A stretch of DNA of 64,000 bases from assembly GCA_963783495.1 (NCBI GenBank), contig CAWANT010000007.1:133694-197693 (forward strand), written 5' to 3'. Both the position numbers and the translations under genes were made by a program. Of the stretch, positions 63,466 to 64,000 are shown one piece after another. Positions within the stretch are counted from its first letter, which is position 1, and each line of letters starts with the position of its first letter. Source of the DNA: an uncultured Chloroflexia bacterium (GTDB lineage: Bacteria > Chloroflexota > Limnocylindria > QHBO01). The notes beneath the pieces were generated by a model, which was not told where the DNA came from, did not search any database, and worked only from the letters and a program-made list of their open reading frames with translations.

Positions 63466-64000
63466 TCAGACGCGCACCTGCCGCGGCGGTTCGCGACGCG
63501 CCTCGGCCTGGATGATCTCCCAGATGCGGTCGGCGGCATCGTCGGGGTGGTCGGTCTCGTTGACGATCACGTAGTCATAGTCGCCGCTCGACGCCATCTC
63601 GACCTCCGCGTTTCGGCGCCGCACGGCCAGCGAGTTGGCGTCCTCCGAACCGCGTTCGGCCAGGCGCGCATCCAGGTCCTCGATCGACGGTGGCATGACG
63701 AAGATGAGCAGCGCGTCCGGCACACGCTGCCGCACCGTGCGCGCGCCCTGCGGGTCGATGGTCAGGATCGCGTCGCGTCCGGCGGCCAGGATGCCGCGCA
63801 CCTGCTCCAGCGGCGTGCCGTACCAGTTGTCATGCACCTGGGCGGACTCGAGCAGGCCGCCCTCGTCGCGCATGCCCACGAACTCGTCGAGCGACAGGAA
63901 GTGGTAGTGGACCTTGTCGATCTCCCCCGGTCGTCGCTCGCGCGTCGTGGCCGTCACGATCGGCACGACCTGCGGTCGCCGCTCGGCCAGCTCGGCCACG
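63466..64000 (-). CDS. gmk: guanylate kinase (N-terminus beyond window end)
   Basis: ORF 63466..63999: TTRERRPGEIDKVHYHFLSLDEF, NWYGTP. The P-loop is missing because the window ends. Confidence 0.9.
   Translation of the reverse strand, partial: VAELAERRPQVVPIVTATTRERRPGEIDKVHYHFLSLDEFVGMRDEGGLLESAQVHDNWYGTPLEQVRGILAAGRDAILTIDPQGARTVRQRVPDALLIFVMPPSIEDLDARLAERGSEDANSLAVRRRNAEVEMASSGDYDYVIVNETDHPDDAADRIWEIIQAEARREPPRQVRV

Noticed and set aside
1-64000. I scanned by eye for CRISPR arrays, IS elements or transposases, integrases, toxin-antitoxin pairs, restriction-modification or other defence genes, and rRNA/SRP/tmRNA genes.
   Set aside because: I found none. Every sizeable ORF outside 23343..27231 is explained by a housekeeping gene. 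No spaced direct repeats or terminal inverted repeats were noticed. An eye scan cannot exclude small ncRNAs.

Overview
This is a 64-kb, visibly very GC-rich (about 70% by eye, not computed) bacterial chromosomal segment. Nearly all genes are on the minus strand. They are housekeeping operons in the old Terrabacteria gene order that I recall from Bacillus subtilis and Mycobacterium. Read along the minus strand the order is: gmk-priA-def-fmt, rlmN-rpe, recG-rsmD-coaD, yceD-rpmF-plsX-nusB-acpP-rnc-smc-ftsY-ffh, rpsP-KH-rimM-trmD-rplS-rnhB-yraN, rpsB-tsf-pyrH-frr-uppS-cdsA-dxr-rseP, then a 3.9-kb island, then nusA-ylxR-infB-rbfA-nrnA-truB-ribF-rpsO-pnp-udg-rnj-ftsK-rodZ-yajQ-cinA-Mur ligase. hflX on the plus strand is cut by the window start. 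I saw no rRNA, tRNA, CRISPR array, transposase or phage genes. About 35 genes, many of them essential, are broken by roughly 70 apparent 1-nt frameshifts. I read these as uncorrected indel errors, not pseudogenes, so coordinates for those genes are envelopes rebuilt from overlapping ORF fragments. The main find is that the uninterrupted 888-aa PNPase carries a complete DEDDh (DnaQ/RNase T-like) 3'-5' exonuclease domain inserted in frame between its two RNase PH cores. Second is the island between rseP and nusA (23343..27231). It holds two paralogous Tat-signal Gly-rich proteins of unrecognised family, each preceded by a conserved 5' leader whose helices sequester the Shine-Dalgarno sequence, with compensatory base changes between the copies. 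Other observations are a terminator-type attenuator in the nusA leader (rimP is absent), an over-represented extended -10 motif TGCTATACT upstream of translation operons, and an RNase HII with an acidic tail containing a clamp-binding-like QLSLDL motif.
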